A stretch of 64,000 nucleotides of DNA from Chara braunii (lineage: Eukaryota > Plantae > Charophyceae). Made by a program: the position numbers and the translations under genes. Every line of letters begins with the position of its first letter. Positions within the stretch are counted from its first letter, which is position 1. Under the pieces are notes generated by a model that had not been told where the DNA came from, did not search any database, and saw only the letters and a program-made list of their open reading frames with translations. Positions 37,910 through 52,000 of the stretch are shown here, in pieces. The DNA lies in assembly GCA_003427395.1 (NCBI GenBank), contig BFEA01000001.1, forward strand, positions 1,281,314 to 1,345,313, in the 5' to 3' direction.

Positions 37910-39193
37910 ATGCGAGGGTGGCTCCCGAGGTTAATTTCATGGCTGACGTGCAAAGGAGATTGCCTCTGCTCGTACTCGTTGTCGTCGTGTTCCTCATCGT
38001 CGTCTTCCTCCACGTGTGTTTGTCGTGGCGGTCGTGAAAACAACATCGCAAGAGGAGGGATTCAACGAAACGGGCGGGCAGGGGAACGTCCGATGGCGGG
38101 CATGCAGGCACACGCAGGTGTTGGTGCAGGTCAGGGCGGAAGACGACCTCCGACTGCGGACCCTCCACGGCGGTACGACCCATCTTTGTACAGCCATCTA
38201 GAGTCGTGGGAGACGCCACTGCCCCCGTCGGACGAGGACCCGCAGACGGAAGAACTTCCAACGTTGCCTCTTGCCAGCGGGTCGACGCAGCTGTTGTCGC
38301 AGACGGTGCGAGCATGCGAGTCGGCTAGCAACGAAGGCGACGAGTTCACCTCACTGCTGCACCAAGGCTTGGGAGACGACGACGACGGAGGACTTGATCT
38401 CAGGTTCGGGTTGTGTTCCGGCGGCGCTAGGGAGGCGAGCCGCACGTTCATCATCGACGCCGATCCTTCGCCACATGGCGTTCAACAATCTGGAAGTCAG
38501 CATACGGAGCACTCCACACTTCGTGGCGGTGCGTCCGTTACTAGCGGTGTCGGGCCATTGGCAGTAGGCCGGCAACACGGATCGAGTGCACCGTCCGCCG
38601 ATCGATTGACGAGTACCTGCCCCGCACCCAATGGAGTCGCAGCCGGGTCCTTGCGCATCGGCGGTGCACGTCCTTCGATGCCCAAACGCACAACGCCGAC
38701 CCAACCCAACCCGACCTCCGAGACGACGGCGCGTGCAGACCAGCGGTGCGTCCAACACCCACTGTGGAGAACATCACACGAGGAGTGTCAAACATGAGGC
38801 CACACAGCGATGGTGGCGACGACGATGGTGGTGGCGGTGACGATGCCGACGAATGATTCAGGAAGGACGTGGAAGCAGGGGACGACGACTACGACATTCC
38901 TATTCGGCCTTTGGGGAAGACGGGTGGGAGGGGGAGAGGACGCAGCAAAGGTGCTGTTCGTGGTCGATCCGTTGGTCGTGGGGACAAAGGTGGCGTCAAC
39001 GACGACGGCGGGAAGTCTGCGACGTACTGGTCTTCAAAAGAGCAAATGCAACTAGTGAGATGCAAGCGGGAGCAAGAGATGCACCTCGCCGGGCTGGGTC
39101 ACAATTACGGGCGGATGCGGACCAAGGAGTGGAAGTGGGACGACATTGCGAAGCGCATGGCGAACGCGGGGAGGCCTAAAGACGCGGACGACT
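37910..39193 (+). pseudogene. Harbinger accessory Myb/SANT (trihelix-like) DNA-binding protein, frameshifted
   Basis: YWSSKEQMQLVRCKRE...KEWKWDDIAKRMANAGRPKDADD follows a low-complexity N-terminus and runs into a gap. Confidence 0.8.
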
Positions 39194-41148
39194 NNNNNNN
39201 NNNNNNNNNNNNNNNNNNNNNNNNNNNNNNNNNNNNNNNNNNNNNNNNNNNNNNNNNNNNNNNNNNNNNNNNNNNNNNNNNNNNNNNNNNNNNNNNNNNN
39301 NNNNNNNNNNNNNNNNNNNNNNNNNNNNNNNNNNNNNNNNNNNNNNNNNNNNNNNNNNNNNNNNNNNNNNNNNNNNNNNNNNNNNNNNNNNNNNNNNNNN
39401 NNNNNNNNNNNNNNNNNNNNNNNNNNNNNNNNNNNNNNNNNNNNNNNNNNNNNNNNNNNNNNNNNNNNNNNNNNNNNNNNNNNNNNNNNNNNNNNNNNNN
39501 NNNNNNNNNNNNNNNNNNNNNNNNNNNNNNNNNNNNNNNNNNNNNNNNNNNNNNNNNNNNNNNNNNNNNNNNNNNNNNNNNNNNNNNNNNNNNNNNNNNN
39601 NNNNNNNNNGGTGCGGGGGTGTTTGGTGGCTGCGAGGGGTAGAGGCGATGGGATGGCCCAGGGTTCGGTCCCTGGCGAGTGCATTGACGCGCGTCGCCAG
39701 GGACGTCGAAGGGTCTTTTCGCACCTTGGGGAGGATTGAAATGACACGCCAGGGTGGGCAAGGAGGTCGCACGTGCCACCGTCGACGACGTCGTTTCCCG
39801 CCACAGAGAAGCGACGTCGCGGGAGGTCCATCTGCGAGAGAGTACTTAAGTCCTGCGCATCCCAACCCGCATGTATGTTGTCCGCACGAAGGTGTCTCCA
39901 GTACAGAAGCCCGTCGCGCCTACTGCACACCAACCGCAACGACGTGGAAGTGGTACAAGCCTGCTCACCGCGGATAAATGTCGCCCGCTCCGCGCGGACA
40001 TCTTCAGTTCCTTGGACGACCACCGCCGACGCCATTCTAGCCATCTCGTCTCGTGGACAATGTTCGATGGAGTCGTCGTCCTTCTGTCTGCCACGCCGAC
40101 GTCGCCCGTCAATCATCTCGCCGCGCATCACTGTGAGCGTCGCTCTTCTATTCTTCTCGCCACCAGTCTTTTCGCCACGGAGTACTCTCGCCGGGGTCGT
40201 CGTCCTTCTGTCTACCACGTGCACGTCGTCGTCTTCTTCCCGCGAAGGACAGATCTTCTGCGTCACGAGGGTATCCGTCGTCGTCACGCCACAGCAGCAC
40301 GGGAGACATATTTCTCGCCAGATCGGCGACACTTCAAATGGCGGTCGGCGAAGCACTTCCTGCTCATCCGATCACACCACCAAGCTCGCCTACAGAGGTC
40401 GCCACGAAGCATGTACACGCGAGGGAACACCCATGGGAAGAAGCGCGACGTAGTCCCTGGCGACAGCCAAGGGCAGGGAAGAGGTCGGCGGCATGCCCCG
40501 AAAGCGAAGAGGGTGCGTTCGGAAGATGCGTCAGCAAGGGTGCCTCGTCGTGGAGCGCAAGGTTGGGCGGCAGCAGCGGAAGGGGACTACGACGAAGAGT
40601 TCACAACGGAGGAGGAGCAGACAGAGGCGACCACGTCGGCAGTACGGGAGAGCGGTCGACAGCGCTCTTCTGATCAGAGCGTTTCGAAGAGGATGCTGAC
40701 CCCTCCACCCGAGGCGCAGCAGCTGCGAAACGCGGAATGAGAAGGCTGCCGTCGTCAATCTTGGCGGCGAGGATGACGAGCCCTTGGATAGACGTTGCAT
40801 GCGCACTCGTACAACGGCGACCACACCGACGGCACGCGCTGCTGTAAACGAAAGGCCAGTCTCGGGTAGGCTGCCTGCCACGCCGTCTCAGCCACGTCAG
40901 CGCAATGAGGGTGGTGACGGAGGGTCCGTCCAATACGGCGGCGAGGGGAAAGCCGTGGCAGACACGCGCGCAGTTGGGGTCGAAGCGGCAGGTGCTGCGG
41001 GGGCGGGTGGTTCAGGCACTGTGGCCCCCATTGCGACGGCGAGAGAGGAGGCAGCAGTTGTGGCGACGGCGAGAGAGGAGGCGCGTGGCGAGAAGAAAGG
41101 CGATCGAGAGGGCGGCGAGCCCGGTTCAAGCCGGGTACGTAGGGGAGT

Positions 41149-42113
41149 GATGACAAAAGACCTCATCGATCGTGTCGTCCTTTGGGTTGATGACAAAGCT
41201 TTCTGGACGACGGGGGAGGGGCGAAGACTGTACAACATTGTCCACGATACGAGAGAGTACTTCGTCGCCATCGCCAACGGATTTCCACCGTCCCTCGAAG
41301 CGTCGTACTGCCCAAATCCAGCACACGCGTAGGCAGGATCGTCGACCAATCACAGCTACAGCAAGCGATCTCCCGTGCGGCGGCAGTGGAGAACGTTGCT
41401 CTGCGCATCTTGCACGGCTGGGTATTCAAGTCCGGGAACTGCCCAAGGGGATACAATGTGGCTTTCCAGTACTCGCTGGAATCCTTTGCTACGGACATTG
41501 CGCGTGCTATGTGGTACGGCGAGGAGTGGTGCAACGTCGTCAGTCCGACGGTTTGCGCGCACACGATAGATCTGTCCATGGACTTGCCACTGTGGTTCGT
41601 CGGCGACAGACCGGACGACAACGAAATGACGGCGCACCAGAGTCCACCGTCGTCTGCGTCGCGCATGCATTCCGCATGGCGGTGCAAATGGGGGCGCTCA
41701 TCGACGGCGAGTTCATCTCGCACGTTCGTCTTTGTCGGGTGGGTGATTGCTTCAGGTTGTTGTTGGCGGCGTGCATGTGGATAATGCGCATGGCGGGGGA
41801 CGATCCGTGCAGCCACTACGAGGCTTTCTACTTCGCGAACCTCGTGGCGAAGCCCACACTCGTCGCGTCCATGCATCGCTCCTTCGATCATCGACAATTC
41901 GTCGTCCACGCCGCGAAAGTCGTCACAGAGAGGCTCAGGAAGGCGAACACTACGTTCGGACAGTACCCCGACTACATCCCTCAATGGGCACCCTGCGGCA
42001 TTGGTTTCAGGCACGACGCGAGCATAACGGGGCCGGAGGATGCGAAGATGCTAGATTGGTTGGGTTCGGGCCCCCCCGATGATGACAACAACAACGAGGA
42101 GAAAGATGACGCG

Positions 42114-42116
<3 letters not shown>
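41149..42116 (+). pseudogene. Unidentified globular domain inside the Harbinger element, frameshifted
   Basis: Three overlapping frames give a continuous protein-like sequence, MTKDLIDRVVLWVDDKAFW...ALRILHGWVF...HYEAFYFANLVAKP...LDWLGSGP. Confidence 0.55.
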
Positions 42117-42144
<28 letters not shown>

Positions 42145-42901
42145 GCTGCTTGTGTGGCCGCGGGCGCATGTACATGTGGCTGGTCGTGATGGGCTTCACT
42201 GTGGTTGCACCGTCGCAAAGTGCGCACCTGTTTAGTGTGTCCGTGAGAGGGATTCAGAAGAATCGTCGTCGGTTGCGCACATGTTTCGCGTCGGCTGTGC
42301 CACGAAGACGGGTTGATTGATTTCAATGGTGTATGTTGCGTTTAGTGTAGGTGTTTAGTGTGTCGCTCGTTGGAGTCGACGGGAGATCAATGAATGTCGT
42401 CCTGTATTCTGTTTTTATAATCGCAGTTCATTGCGCAAGAAGTTCATAGCGCTTTTAGCGCACCTTTTTTTTAATGTGATGTGTCCGCTGTTCTCGTTTC
42501 GTCTGTGGAATGATTTAAAGATGATTGCAGATGATTGCCTCCTATGCATGCACACAATCTATGTTCATCTCTCTCTGTTTTTATGTTTCGTCGTTAAGTA
42601 ACGTTAAGCAACTTGCATCAACAATTTGAACACCCATGTTTGACGTCCCGCCAGAGAACCACACGAAAACATTCGTGACAAACGAACTGAAGAGAAAAAA
42701 AAAAAAAGGAAATGAAGAGATACACATAAAAAGAATAAACTTCCCACCACACCAAACCATTCGAGACAGACGATTTGAAGACACACATAAAAAAATAAAA
42801 AAATTTGAGAGAGACACAAAAAAAAGGTTCTTCCAATATTAAACGTTCGTACAACTGTAGGAACCACGCAACCGTCCACACGATGAAAACAAGAAAGGAA
42901 G

Positions 42902-43648
42902 TCACAGACAACAACCATGCCGCCATACAATCGACCCAACAACTTCACGCACGACGCCATGTGTCAATTCCACCACCACCTGCGCCTGCACGGAGAACTT
43001 TTGTTTGCGGTCATAGTAGTTGTTTGAAGGTGCGCCGGCGGGCTTGTCAATGTAGATGTGTGTACAGTCGATCGCGCCGAAGCAGTTCGAGAAACCCTTG
43101 TCACGGAATGCGCGCAGAATCTGCGCACGTCTACAGCCAACTGGCCACTTGATCGCGTCGGGGTACGCCTGCAGCAGCGCCGAAGTGACGTCACGGACGG
43201 CCTGCAGTCCAGTTGCCCTGCTGATTCCGAAGGCTGACGTGCCGCTCTCGTACGTCTCTCCTGACGCCCACCTGTACAACGAGAAAGCGATCACCTGCTC
43301 CACTGGCAATGACATCCTATAGTGCGTCACCTTTTTCTCCACGTACGCGGCGCACGCGGCTACGATCTGCCTGAACATGGTCATCGACATGCGCAACTTC
43401 TGGCGGTAGTACTCGTCTGTCGCGTCATCACAGAGGCGGAGATCATCCCATGTTCCGCCAGTCCGTCGTTTAATCCACCAACGCAGGGTCTGCCGCGGGA
43501 AAACGCTAGATGACAGCGCGGCACACAACTGGACGACTGCCTCATACATGGCCACGCAATCCGACGCTTCGGCAATGCGATGCAACAACGCTCTTCGTTT
43601 ACGGAGCTGCGTCAACATGTCGCGCGAGGACGACGACATGTCGCTCAT
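42902..43648 (-). pseudogene. Harbinger/PIF DDE transposase, C-terminally deleted
   Basis: Motifs are LRMSMTMFRQI, PVEQVIAFSLYRWASG, FGAIDCTHI and YYDRKQKFSVQAQVVV. The later catalytic D and E are missing. Confidence 0.92.
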
Positions 43649-45837
43649 CGTGTTCAGGATATCGTGTTCACGATGACGACAGTAACCGCCATCGCCATCG
43701 CGTCGATCTCCTCTTCGTGCAGACCGTGCCCGCTGCCGCGAACGTCCATCTTTGGGAATCGTTCCGCCCCCACAGCGTGACGCCTGCCACAGTCGCCAAA
43801 AACACGCCCGCTGCTCAACCCTGCCGCAGGAGACCACGCACGCCGGACCCATAGATGCGCCCGCTGCCGTACTCTGCCACAGGAGATGGCGTACGCCGGA
43901 GCCGACGACGCACCCGTTGCTCTACGCTTCCGCAGGACAGCATGCACAACGGAGGTGAAGATGCGCCTTGCAGGAAAATGCCCCCGCTGGTCACAACTTG
44001 CGTGGAGTCGGAAGATGGATACCCATGCCGAACGGTTCGCCAGCGCCGTCTTTTGTACGTCACACGCGTCGCCTGGCCGTCCTCCGCCCCGCCGCCCTGC
44101 GTCTGCGAGAATTCGAATTTGAATTTTTGAAGCTCGGGGTGACCGTGCTTTTCACCCACCCCTCCTCACCCGTCCAAGGCCTTCGCAGTGTGTACTACGG
44201 ACACCAGCCAGGACCCGACAGACATCGGCGACGCGACTACTTATACGAATATGAAAACAAGCCGCGGGACACCTTTTAGGACGAATCCTAAAAGATGATT
44301 TTTAGGACTGCGTGTAACGACGCCTCACGAAATCCTAAAAAAACTTTAGGACTCGTCCTAAAAATTTAAAAAAAAATTTAGGAGTGTCTAACGAGACCCT
44401 TACACTAGTCCAAATCAGAAGTAATGAGCATGAGATCATTCATAGAAGAATCGGAGCATCTCCTACTAGTGTGTGAGTGAGATGCAAGAGTTACACTAGG
44501 CTATATCACAAGATTTGAGCAAGAGATCATCCATGGAAGAATCGGAGGATCTCCTACTAGCATGTGAGTGAAAAGCAANNNNNNNNNNNNNNNNNNNNNN
44601 NNNNNNNNNNNNNNNNNNNNNNNNNNNNNNNNNNNNNNNNNNNNNNNNNNNNNNNNNNNNNNNNNNNNNNNNNNNNNNNNNNNNNNNNNNNNNNNNNNNN
44701 NNNNNNNNNNNNNNNNNNNNNNNNNNNNNNNNNNNNNNNNNNNNNNNNNNNNNNNNNNNNNNNNNNNNNNNNNNNNNNNNNNNNNNNNNNNNNNNNNNNN
44801 NNNNNNNNNNNNNNNNNNNNNNNNNNNNNNNNNNNNNNNNNNNNNNNNNNNNNNNNNNNNNNNNNNNNNNNNNNNNNNNNNNNNNNNNNNNNNNNNNNNN
44901 NNNNNNNNNNNNNNNNNNNNNNNNNNNNNNNNNNNNNNNNNNNNNNNNNNNNNNNNNNNNNNNNNNNNNNNNNNNNNNNNNNNNNNNNNNNNNNNNNNNN
45001 NNNNNNNNNNNNNNNNNNNNNNNNNNNNNNNNNNNNNNNNNNNNNNNNNNNNNNNNNNNNNNNNNNNNNNNNNNNNNNNNNNNNNNNNNNNNNNNNNNNN
45101 NNNNNNNNNNNNNNNNNNNNNNNNNNNNNNNNNNNNNNNNNNNNNNNNNNNNNNNNNNNNNNNNNNNNNNNNNNNNNNNNNNNNNNNNNNNNNNNNNNNN
45201 NNNNNNNNNNNNNNNNNNNNNNNNNNNNNNNNNNNNNNNNNNNNNNNNNNNNNNNNNNNNNNNNNNNNNNNNNNNNNNNNNNNNNNNNNNNNNNNNNNNN
45301 NNNNNNNNNNNNNNNNNNNNNNNNNNNNNNNNNNNNNNNNNNNNNNNNNNNNNNNNNNNNNNNNNNNNNNNNNNNNNNNNNNNNNNNNNNNNNNNNNNNN
45401 NNNGGAGGATCTCCTACTAGCATGTGAGTGAAAAGCAACATCTACACTAGTCCAAATCACAAGTAATGAGCATGAGATCATCCATGAAAGAATCGGAGCA
45501 TCACCTACTAGTGTGTGAGTAAAATGCAAGAGTTTGAGTAGCCCAAATCACACGTGTTGAGCATGAGATCATTCATAGAGGAATCGGAGCATCACCTACT
45601 AGTCTGTGAGTAAAATGCAAGAGTTACACTAGGCTATATCACAAGATTTGAGCAAGAGATCATCCATGGAAGAATCGGAGCATCTCCTACTAGCATGTGA
45701 GTGAAAAGCAAGGTCTATACTAGTCCAAATCACAAGTAATGAGCATGAGGTCATTCATACAAAAATCGGAGCACTACCTACTAGTGTGTGAGTAAAAAAA
45801 AACAAGAGTTTGAATAGCCCAATAGGAAGAAAACGAT

Positions 45838-45915
45838 GAGGAAGAAGAAGAAAAAGAAGGAGAGGAGGAGGAAGAGGAAGAAGGAGAAGAAGAAGGAGAT
45901 GAAGAAGAAGAAAAA

Positions 45916-45948
<33 letters not shown>

Positions 45949-45981
45949 GAAGAAGAAGAAGAAGAAGAAGAAGAAGAAGAA
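45838..45981 (+). repeat. (GAA)n-rich microsatellite
   Basis: Seen directly. Confidence 0.95.
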
Positions 45982-48960
45982 GCATCCTCTTCCTTCCACC
46001 CACCTTGTTAATGTCTTGGAGATGAAGTCTCAATCTTGATGAGGCTTCTTCCTCCTTGCACAAAACACCTTCTTGCCTATGGCCTCCTCCTTTTTCAAGC
46101 CCCTCTCCTCTCTTTCTCACTTCCTCCCAAGTTACCACAAGTTTCAATCACCGTAGCTATGGAGTCCTCCCCTCTAGGAGGGCAACTGGGACTCCCTCCA
46201 ACCTCTCTCTCATCCTCACACCCAGGGGCTATGGCGCATCACCTCCCTAGGGCCAGCCTCACTACCACTAGTCTCTAGAGCTCCTCTCCCTAGCTCATGG
46301 CCTCCACCAAGCTCCTTAACTGGCATGGGTTCCCCTCTCCTCTCTCGAAGTGAAAGAGTGCTCCTATGAACTCACTCGGGCATTATGGGCACTCCTCATG
46401 CAATTGTGAAAGTGGCTGACTGAATTCCCAGCTTTTGTAGGTTGAAGCCAGCAGTCTGGCAAACCCATGGGCCTCCCCATGTGCCTTGAGGTGAACCGAG
46501 GTACCCCCAAGGCAAAATTTTACTACTAGGCCCTTCCGGAGGTACCCAAGCCTCTTGGCCTACTTCGGCCTCCTTTTCACCTCACAAATGTTGCCCCCTT
46601 GGGTCCTAATGCCCAAGGGGCAATTTTACTTGAGAGAAAAAGGCCTTGTGGGCCTTTTTCTCGATTTTTTCAGTTTGTACCCCATTTTTGGTAGCCCGAG
46701 ATATTTTTCCATGCAGCGGCGCATTTTCAGCCTTCGATCTGGCTAAGATCCAAGGCCGACAATTTTTCGTGTCACCCCCAAGTAGCCCTTGCTTCAATTT
46801 TGAGCCCCTAAGTCCACTTTTTCAATTTTTGGTGCATCTGGTTCTCTTTTTGGGCCAAATGCACAGTTTTGTCTCTTTCCCTCTTTTGTTTCTTTCCATT
46901 TTGGGCTGCCACCTCATTCCGGAGCTAGCCGTTTTGAGCTGGCCCACACAAAACGGCTAGTTTCTCTCCACCATGAGATCTGATCTCAGATCCATGGTCC
47001 AAAAAAAAAACGGTCATTTCTCTTTTGCATTTTCTCTCATTTTTTTTTTTTAATTCAGATTTTATTGGGATATGGCCCCAAGGACCATATCTCTGCAATC
47101 CGGATTGCCCTCCCTCATTCTAGGAGGGACGAGGTCACAGTTGGGACCTGCCAGTCCCTACTGTGCAGGTCCCAATAGGCCGGCACTCTCCTCCACTCTT
47201 TTCTCCTTTTTGTCTCATTCTCCCTCATTTTTTTTTTATATTTCTTCCTTTTTCTTTTATTTCAGTTGTGACAAGTGTCAAACTGTTGTTCACTCTCTTT
47301 CTAGGCCTTAGGGCCTTATTCAAGGTCAGGTTCATGGCTAATACTTGACCGTTATATCTCGGATTTCAACAATGGCACCCCCATGTTCCTAGAGGGCTCC
47401 ATTATGCCTCCGTTTGTCCTATTTTGAACGCCTTTTGCTCCGATTTTCCAAGGACAACCTTTTTTTCATGTTGAGCCTCTTGAGGCTTAATTTTCTCATG
47501 CCTAGCTAATCCGAGATATCTCGGACTGTTGGGCAGCCCTCCCAATATCATTATTTTACTTTCTTTTCTCCCTATGGCTCTCCCACTTGCCCCCACTAGT
47601 GCTTGCACTAGTGGTGCTAATATTTCCCACCGTCTTGATCCTTGATCTCGACGGTGCCGTTTGCTTGCACAATTATTCCTTGTGCTTGCTCATGGTTCCC
47701 TTGGGATATCCCAAGTCCCCGCCACTTTCCTCCATACTAGTCCCATTTTCTTGTCCCGCCGGCGGTCCCGCCGACGCGTGTCCCGTTTTTCGACTTTTTA
47801 TTATTTGGACCCACTTGGTCCCCGGCAACATTCCGGATGGTGTCCCATTTTTATTTTTGGGACCCCCTTGCCCTTGGTGGTCCCATCATCTCTACATGTG
47901 TGCCGATTTTTCTAGGCCGTGAAATCTCATCTCACGGTTGTCGTTTATCGTCTCCACTTGCCCCATGCCGAAATTGCTCTTTTCTAGCCTTTCGGGATTG
48001 CCATGGCTCATTTTCCCTTAGCCTAGGCACCCCCATGCAGTCCATTATTTCTCGGACTGCAGTCATAGCTATTTTCCTAGTCCCACGGCCCCACAACTTG
48101 CCCCATGCCAAAAGAAAATGAAGCGTTAAATTTTTAAGTGCATCCGGGCTCAATATTGGCTCCGGATGCACCTAAAACATGTGTTTCTCCTCCCCAATGT
48201 AATCCGTTTTATTTCGGTTTTATGGGGCCTTGATATTCTTTGATTTTCTCTGCAAAAGTCAAAGAAAATCAAAGTCAATTGCAACAGCCATATTCCAGAA
48301 TGAATCTGGTCATGGATGTATCTCCCCAAGTGACCGTTTTTTACCGTTAAGGCCTTTTTCTTTTCTTTTTTCTTTTCTCTTTTCTTTTCTTTTCTTTTTC
48401 CTCCTTTCTTGGATAGTAGGAACCTGCCAGTCCCTACTGACGGCCAACTCACTCACTCCCTCTCACTCTTTTTGTCTTATTCTTCCACTTTTTTTTTTTT
48501 TTTTTTTTTTTATAGCATGCCAAGTGTCAAGTGTCATTAAGGCCCTTTTCTAACCCCTTCCTCTTAGTTTTGACCCTTCCTATGCCCAAGGTGCAGTTAT
48601 ATCTCGGACTGCAACAATGGCCTTCTCATGCCCATGGGAGCTTTCTTTTACTCCTATTTTTCTCCCACAGTGGCCCCTCCTACTCCGATTTTCTCCCGGA
48701 GGCCTATTTTTTACATGGGGTCTCTTTTGACTCTATTTTCTTGAGGGAGGTTGATCCGAGATTTTCCGGATTGCTCCCATGCCTTACTTCAAGTTTTTTT
48801 CTTTTCCTTTTGGCCTTCCCGTTTGCTACCGCTAGTGCTTGTACTAGTGGTGCTAATATTCTTGGCCATCAAGATGTCGATCTTGACGGTGCACCTTGCC
48901 TTTATTATTTTCCCTCACGTGGTGCCGCCGTTTCTTCTTGAGACCTTCATATGTCCCCGC

Positions 48961-49092
48961 CACTTGTCCCGTCGGTGGTCCCCGACACTTGGTCCCACCG
49001 GCGGTCCCCGACACTTAGTCCCATCGGTGGTCCCCGACACTTAGTCCCTTCGGCGGTCCCCGACACTTAGTCCCGCGGGTGGTCCCCGACAC
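48961..49092 (+). repeat. 26-bp minisatellite, five copies
   Basis: GGTCCCCGACAC starts at 48977, 49003, 49029, 49055 and 49081. Confidence 0.92.
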
Positions 49093-52000
49093 ATTTCGCC
49101 CCGGATGCCATTATTTTTCCTTAGTCCCACGTGGCCCCGGGTGCCTTTCCCCGAGGTGTCCCACGTCCCTTGGGCGTTTTGCCGCCCCATAGTGACCCCT
49201 CTCCCTTGTCTTTCTTGCGCCTTGCGCGCCCCTGTTTCTTTGGTCGCGGGGCCTCCAATCCGAGGCTCCCATGTTGGGCCTTCGTTCTTCAGTTTCCCAC
49301 GGCCTCCGGGCCGTCCCTCTCTCGACTCCCTCATTCCTTTGTCGCTGCCGCGCCGCGTTTGCTGGTTCGAAGGTCCTTTGGCCTTAGTCTTGTTGAGTTC
49401 CAACGGCCCTCCCGGCCTCATACTACGTCCTATATGCCCCTGTTCCTGCGCTTATTCTCGTGTCGTCGCTGGTTTTCCCCTCCTGTGGTTCTCACCCCAG
49501 GGCATCACTCCCTCCTGTGGGCTAATCCTTTGTCTTTTCTCTCTCCTGCGTCCTCACTCCAGATTTCTGTTGTGCGCAATTCGTCTATATTCAGTCTCTA
49601 GAGTGATGGGAAGTTATTCGGGACTCACCAGTCCCGACACCAGACAACACCCCGACAACTCTCACTCAAATCCGGACGCGATCCCACCCCAGACGCTACC
49701 TCTCTCACACCACCTAAATCTAGATTTGCCCCTCACCCCGATCTCTCCCCCAACCACAATCTCTATTCCATCCCAATACGCTACCCCATCCCAAAATTTC
49801 CCCCACACCACTCTCGGCTACGACGCGTTCCCACCCCGTTTCAAATCAATCTTGCTCCAAATCAATCTTGATCCGCTCCCACCCTAACCCAACCCCAACC
49901 TCGACCAACTAGGCAACCCGGATCCATCCCAATCTCGACCCAGTTCCACTGCAGCTCCCCCCTCTCGGTCCCATTCTAACCCAGTTCAGACCGCCGCATC
50001 CAGATCTCCCTCTTCCCAAACATTAGCTCTATCCCAAAACGCCCCCCACAACTGAACCTACTCTGATCGGACCCATCACCAGACGCCTATCCACAACCCC
50101 CCCCGATCCGGACCAACCTCTTTCCATCCCAATTCTGACAGGTCTACCTCCTCGTTTTCGCCATCATCTCAGTCCGTTCCCTCCCCAGTTCCACTATTTT
50201 TTCTCCCCATTTCAACTAAAGCCCCCACCTTGAGCCCATCCCGACCATAATCCGGAATCCGTACCTTACTCGAATCCTCACCTTACTCGAATCCTCACCT
50301 GATCCCACCCCAATCGCCCCACAATCAGATTTCGAATCCAACCCACCCCCACTTCGAACCAACCCAATCCCGATCTGGATCCCCTCCCAACGCCATCCCT
50401 GCCCCATCCCCAACCCCGACCCAGACCTATATCACACACGAACCAACTTACACCCAGAGCCCACCCATCCCCTCTCATTCCCTCTTCAATACCACAACCA
50501 ACACAGTTCCCGAGTCCGTACTGCTCACGATTGATTTTCCCCCCTCTCTCCCCCCCTCCACATTTCGCAACTCAATCCAATCTCATCCTAATCATCCCAC
50601 CCGGCCCCCCACTCCTCTCCAACACAGTCATCAAGAAAAATTGTCACAGTCACACTCATTATCTTTAAAGTAACACCTTTAACAAGCAGTAAACCTTTCA
50701 AATCACAGTCAAACACAACAATGGAAGGAATGGGCATGGAAACGCAAAACTGGCTCGCAGAACAGACCAAAACTCCCCTTGTCAAGATCACAGTCACACT
50801 CCACGATTGATTGTGGAGGTAACAACAAGGAAGAAGTGGTAATCTACGAATGCCCCAAGGAGCTGCCATCCAAGCAAGAGGAGCTCCACAGCAAACATGC
50901 GGTCTTATTCACCTTTTCCAAAAAAAGCCAGGAATTGGACAGACAGGCAAAATTAAAATGAATCTTGGAAAAGTTGAAGTCCCTAGAACCAATCTAAGGG
51001 CAGGAACCAAGAGTGTCTTTTCACCCAAGAACAAGAAACGTCATCATGGTTCTGTGTATGGAGGAAACACTTGCCACATTTTTGAAAAACAAGTGTTTCA
51101 CTTGTAATTCGTCAGTGGTTACAGTTCAACCGTGGAAAAAGACGGCAAATTATCAGCAAACGCCCTTCAGGTACTGACAGGAATTGATCAAAAAACATTT
51201 CTCGATTCAATTTGACAATGTGCCAGAAGGAATGCACGACAACAAAGTGGAATACGGTCACTTCAGGGAAACAAAGTGGATTGTTTCAACACCGGACTTT
51301 CTCACCCCACAACACAATCAGATGACAGTAGTACTGGACACGGGAGACAGTCCTCCACCTTTCACTCCTGACGAATGGTTTTTCTCTCAGGAAAACAAAG
51401 TCATCAGAATCACAGTGTCCAGCAAAACCAACCCGGTATGCTTCAAGTGGAGACAAAGAGGTCACCTGGGCACGGATGCCAGCTGCCCGAAAACAAGAGA
51501 GAGCACAAAGCCCAAACCTCTCTGAACCGCAAATCTGCAAGAGGTAGAGAACAAAAAGGGATATTGGTACATCCCTGATCCACAGTATGCGGGCTGGGTA
51601 TTCAATGACAACCTGGACACACCGGACTGGGTCTGGACCATCGATCGGGAGCCAACGCCCAGGCCGGATGTATACCCCCCCGTATGACAGCAGGTGGCAA
51701 ACGCTCAAAACAGAAAGAAAGCCACCCAAATGCTTCACCAAAGACCCAGTGATAAATCTGGACACGCTAAACCAAGAGATTTGGGAAAGGGACCTGTGTG
51801 CCAACCTGCAAACAGTGCAGGAAACTACAGAAAGACAATGGGTGGAAGCAGTCAAGAGGTACCAGCAAGAGGAAAAGGCAGGGGAACAACAACCCAAACA
51901 AAAAACCTACTCCAGAAGGGCACAAAAGGGAAGAGGAAAAGCCGCCAGCGAACGGGGAGCAGAGGCAGAAGGGACAGATGAGAGCACAGGGGGGGAAGTA

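Larger units (their letters stand above)
37309..44399. mobile_element. PIF/Harbinger DNA transposon
   Basis: TIR (A/G)GGTCTCGTTAGACACTC, TTA TSD (37306-37308 / 44400-44402), TCCTAAA/TTTAGGA subterminal repeats, and convergent Myb-like and transposase ORFs. Confidence 0.95.
35480..45820 (+). repeat. Tandem satellite B, 91 bp unit, split by a Harbinger insertion
   Basis: ATCACAAG...GAGATCATCCATG.AAGAATCGGAGCATCTCCTACTAG...GAGTGAAA.GCAAG recurs at 91-bp spacing (e.g. 35613, 35704, 35795) and resumes at 44400. Confidence 0.95.

Noticed and set aside
48961-49092. 26-bp repeat with a variable 6-mer as a mini-CRISPR
   Set aside because: The variable parts are too short and similar to each other; it is a minisatellite.
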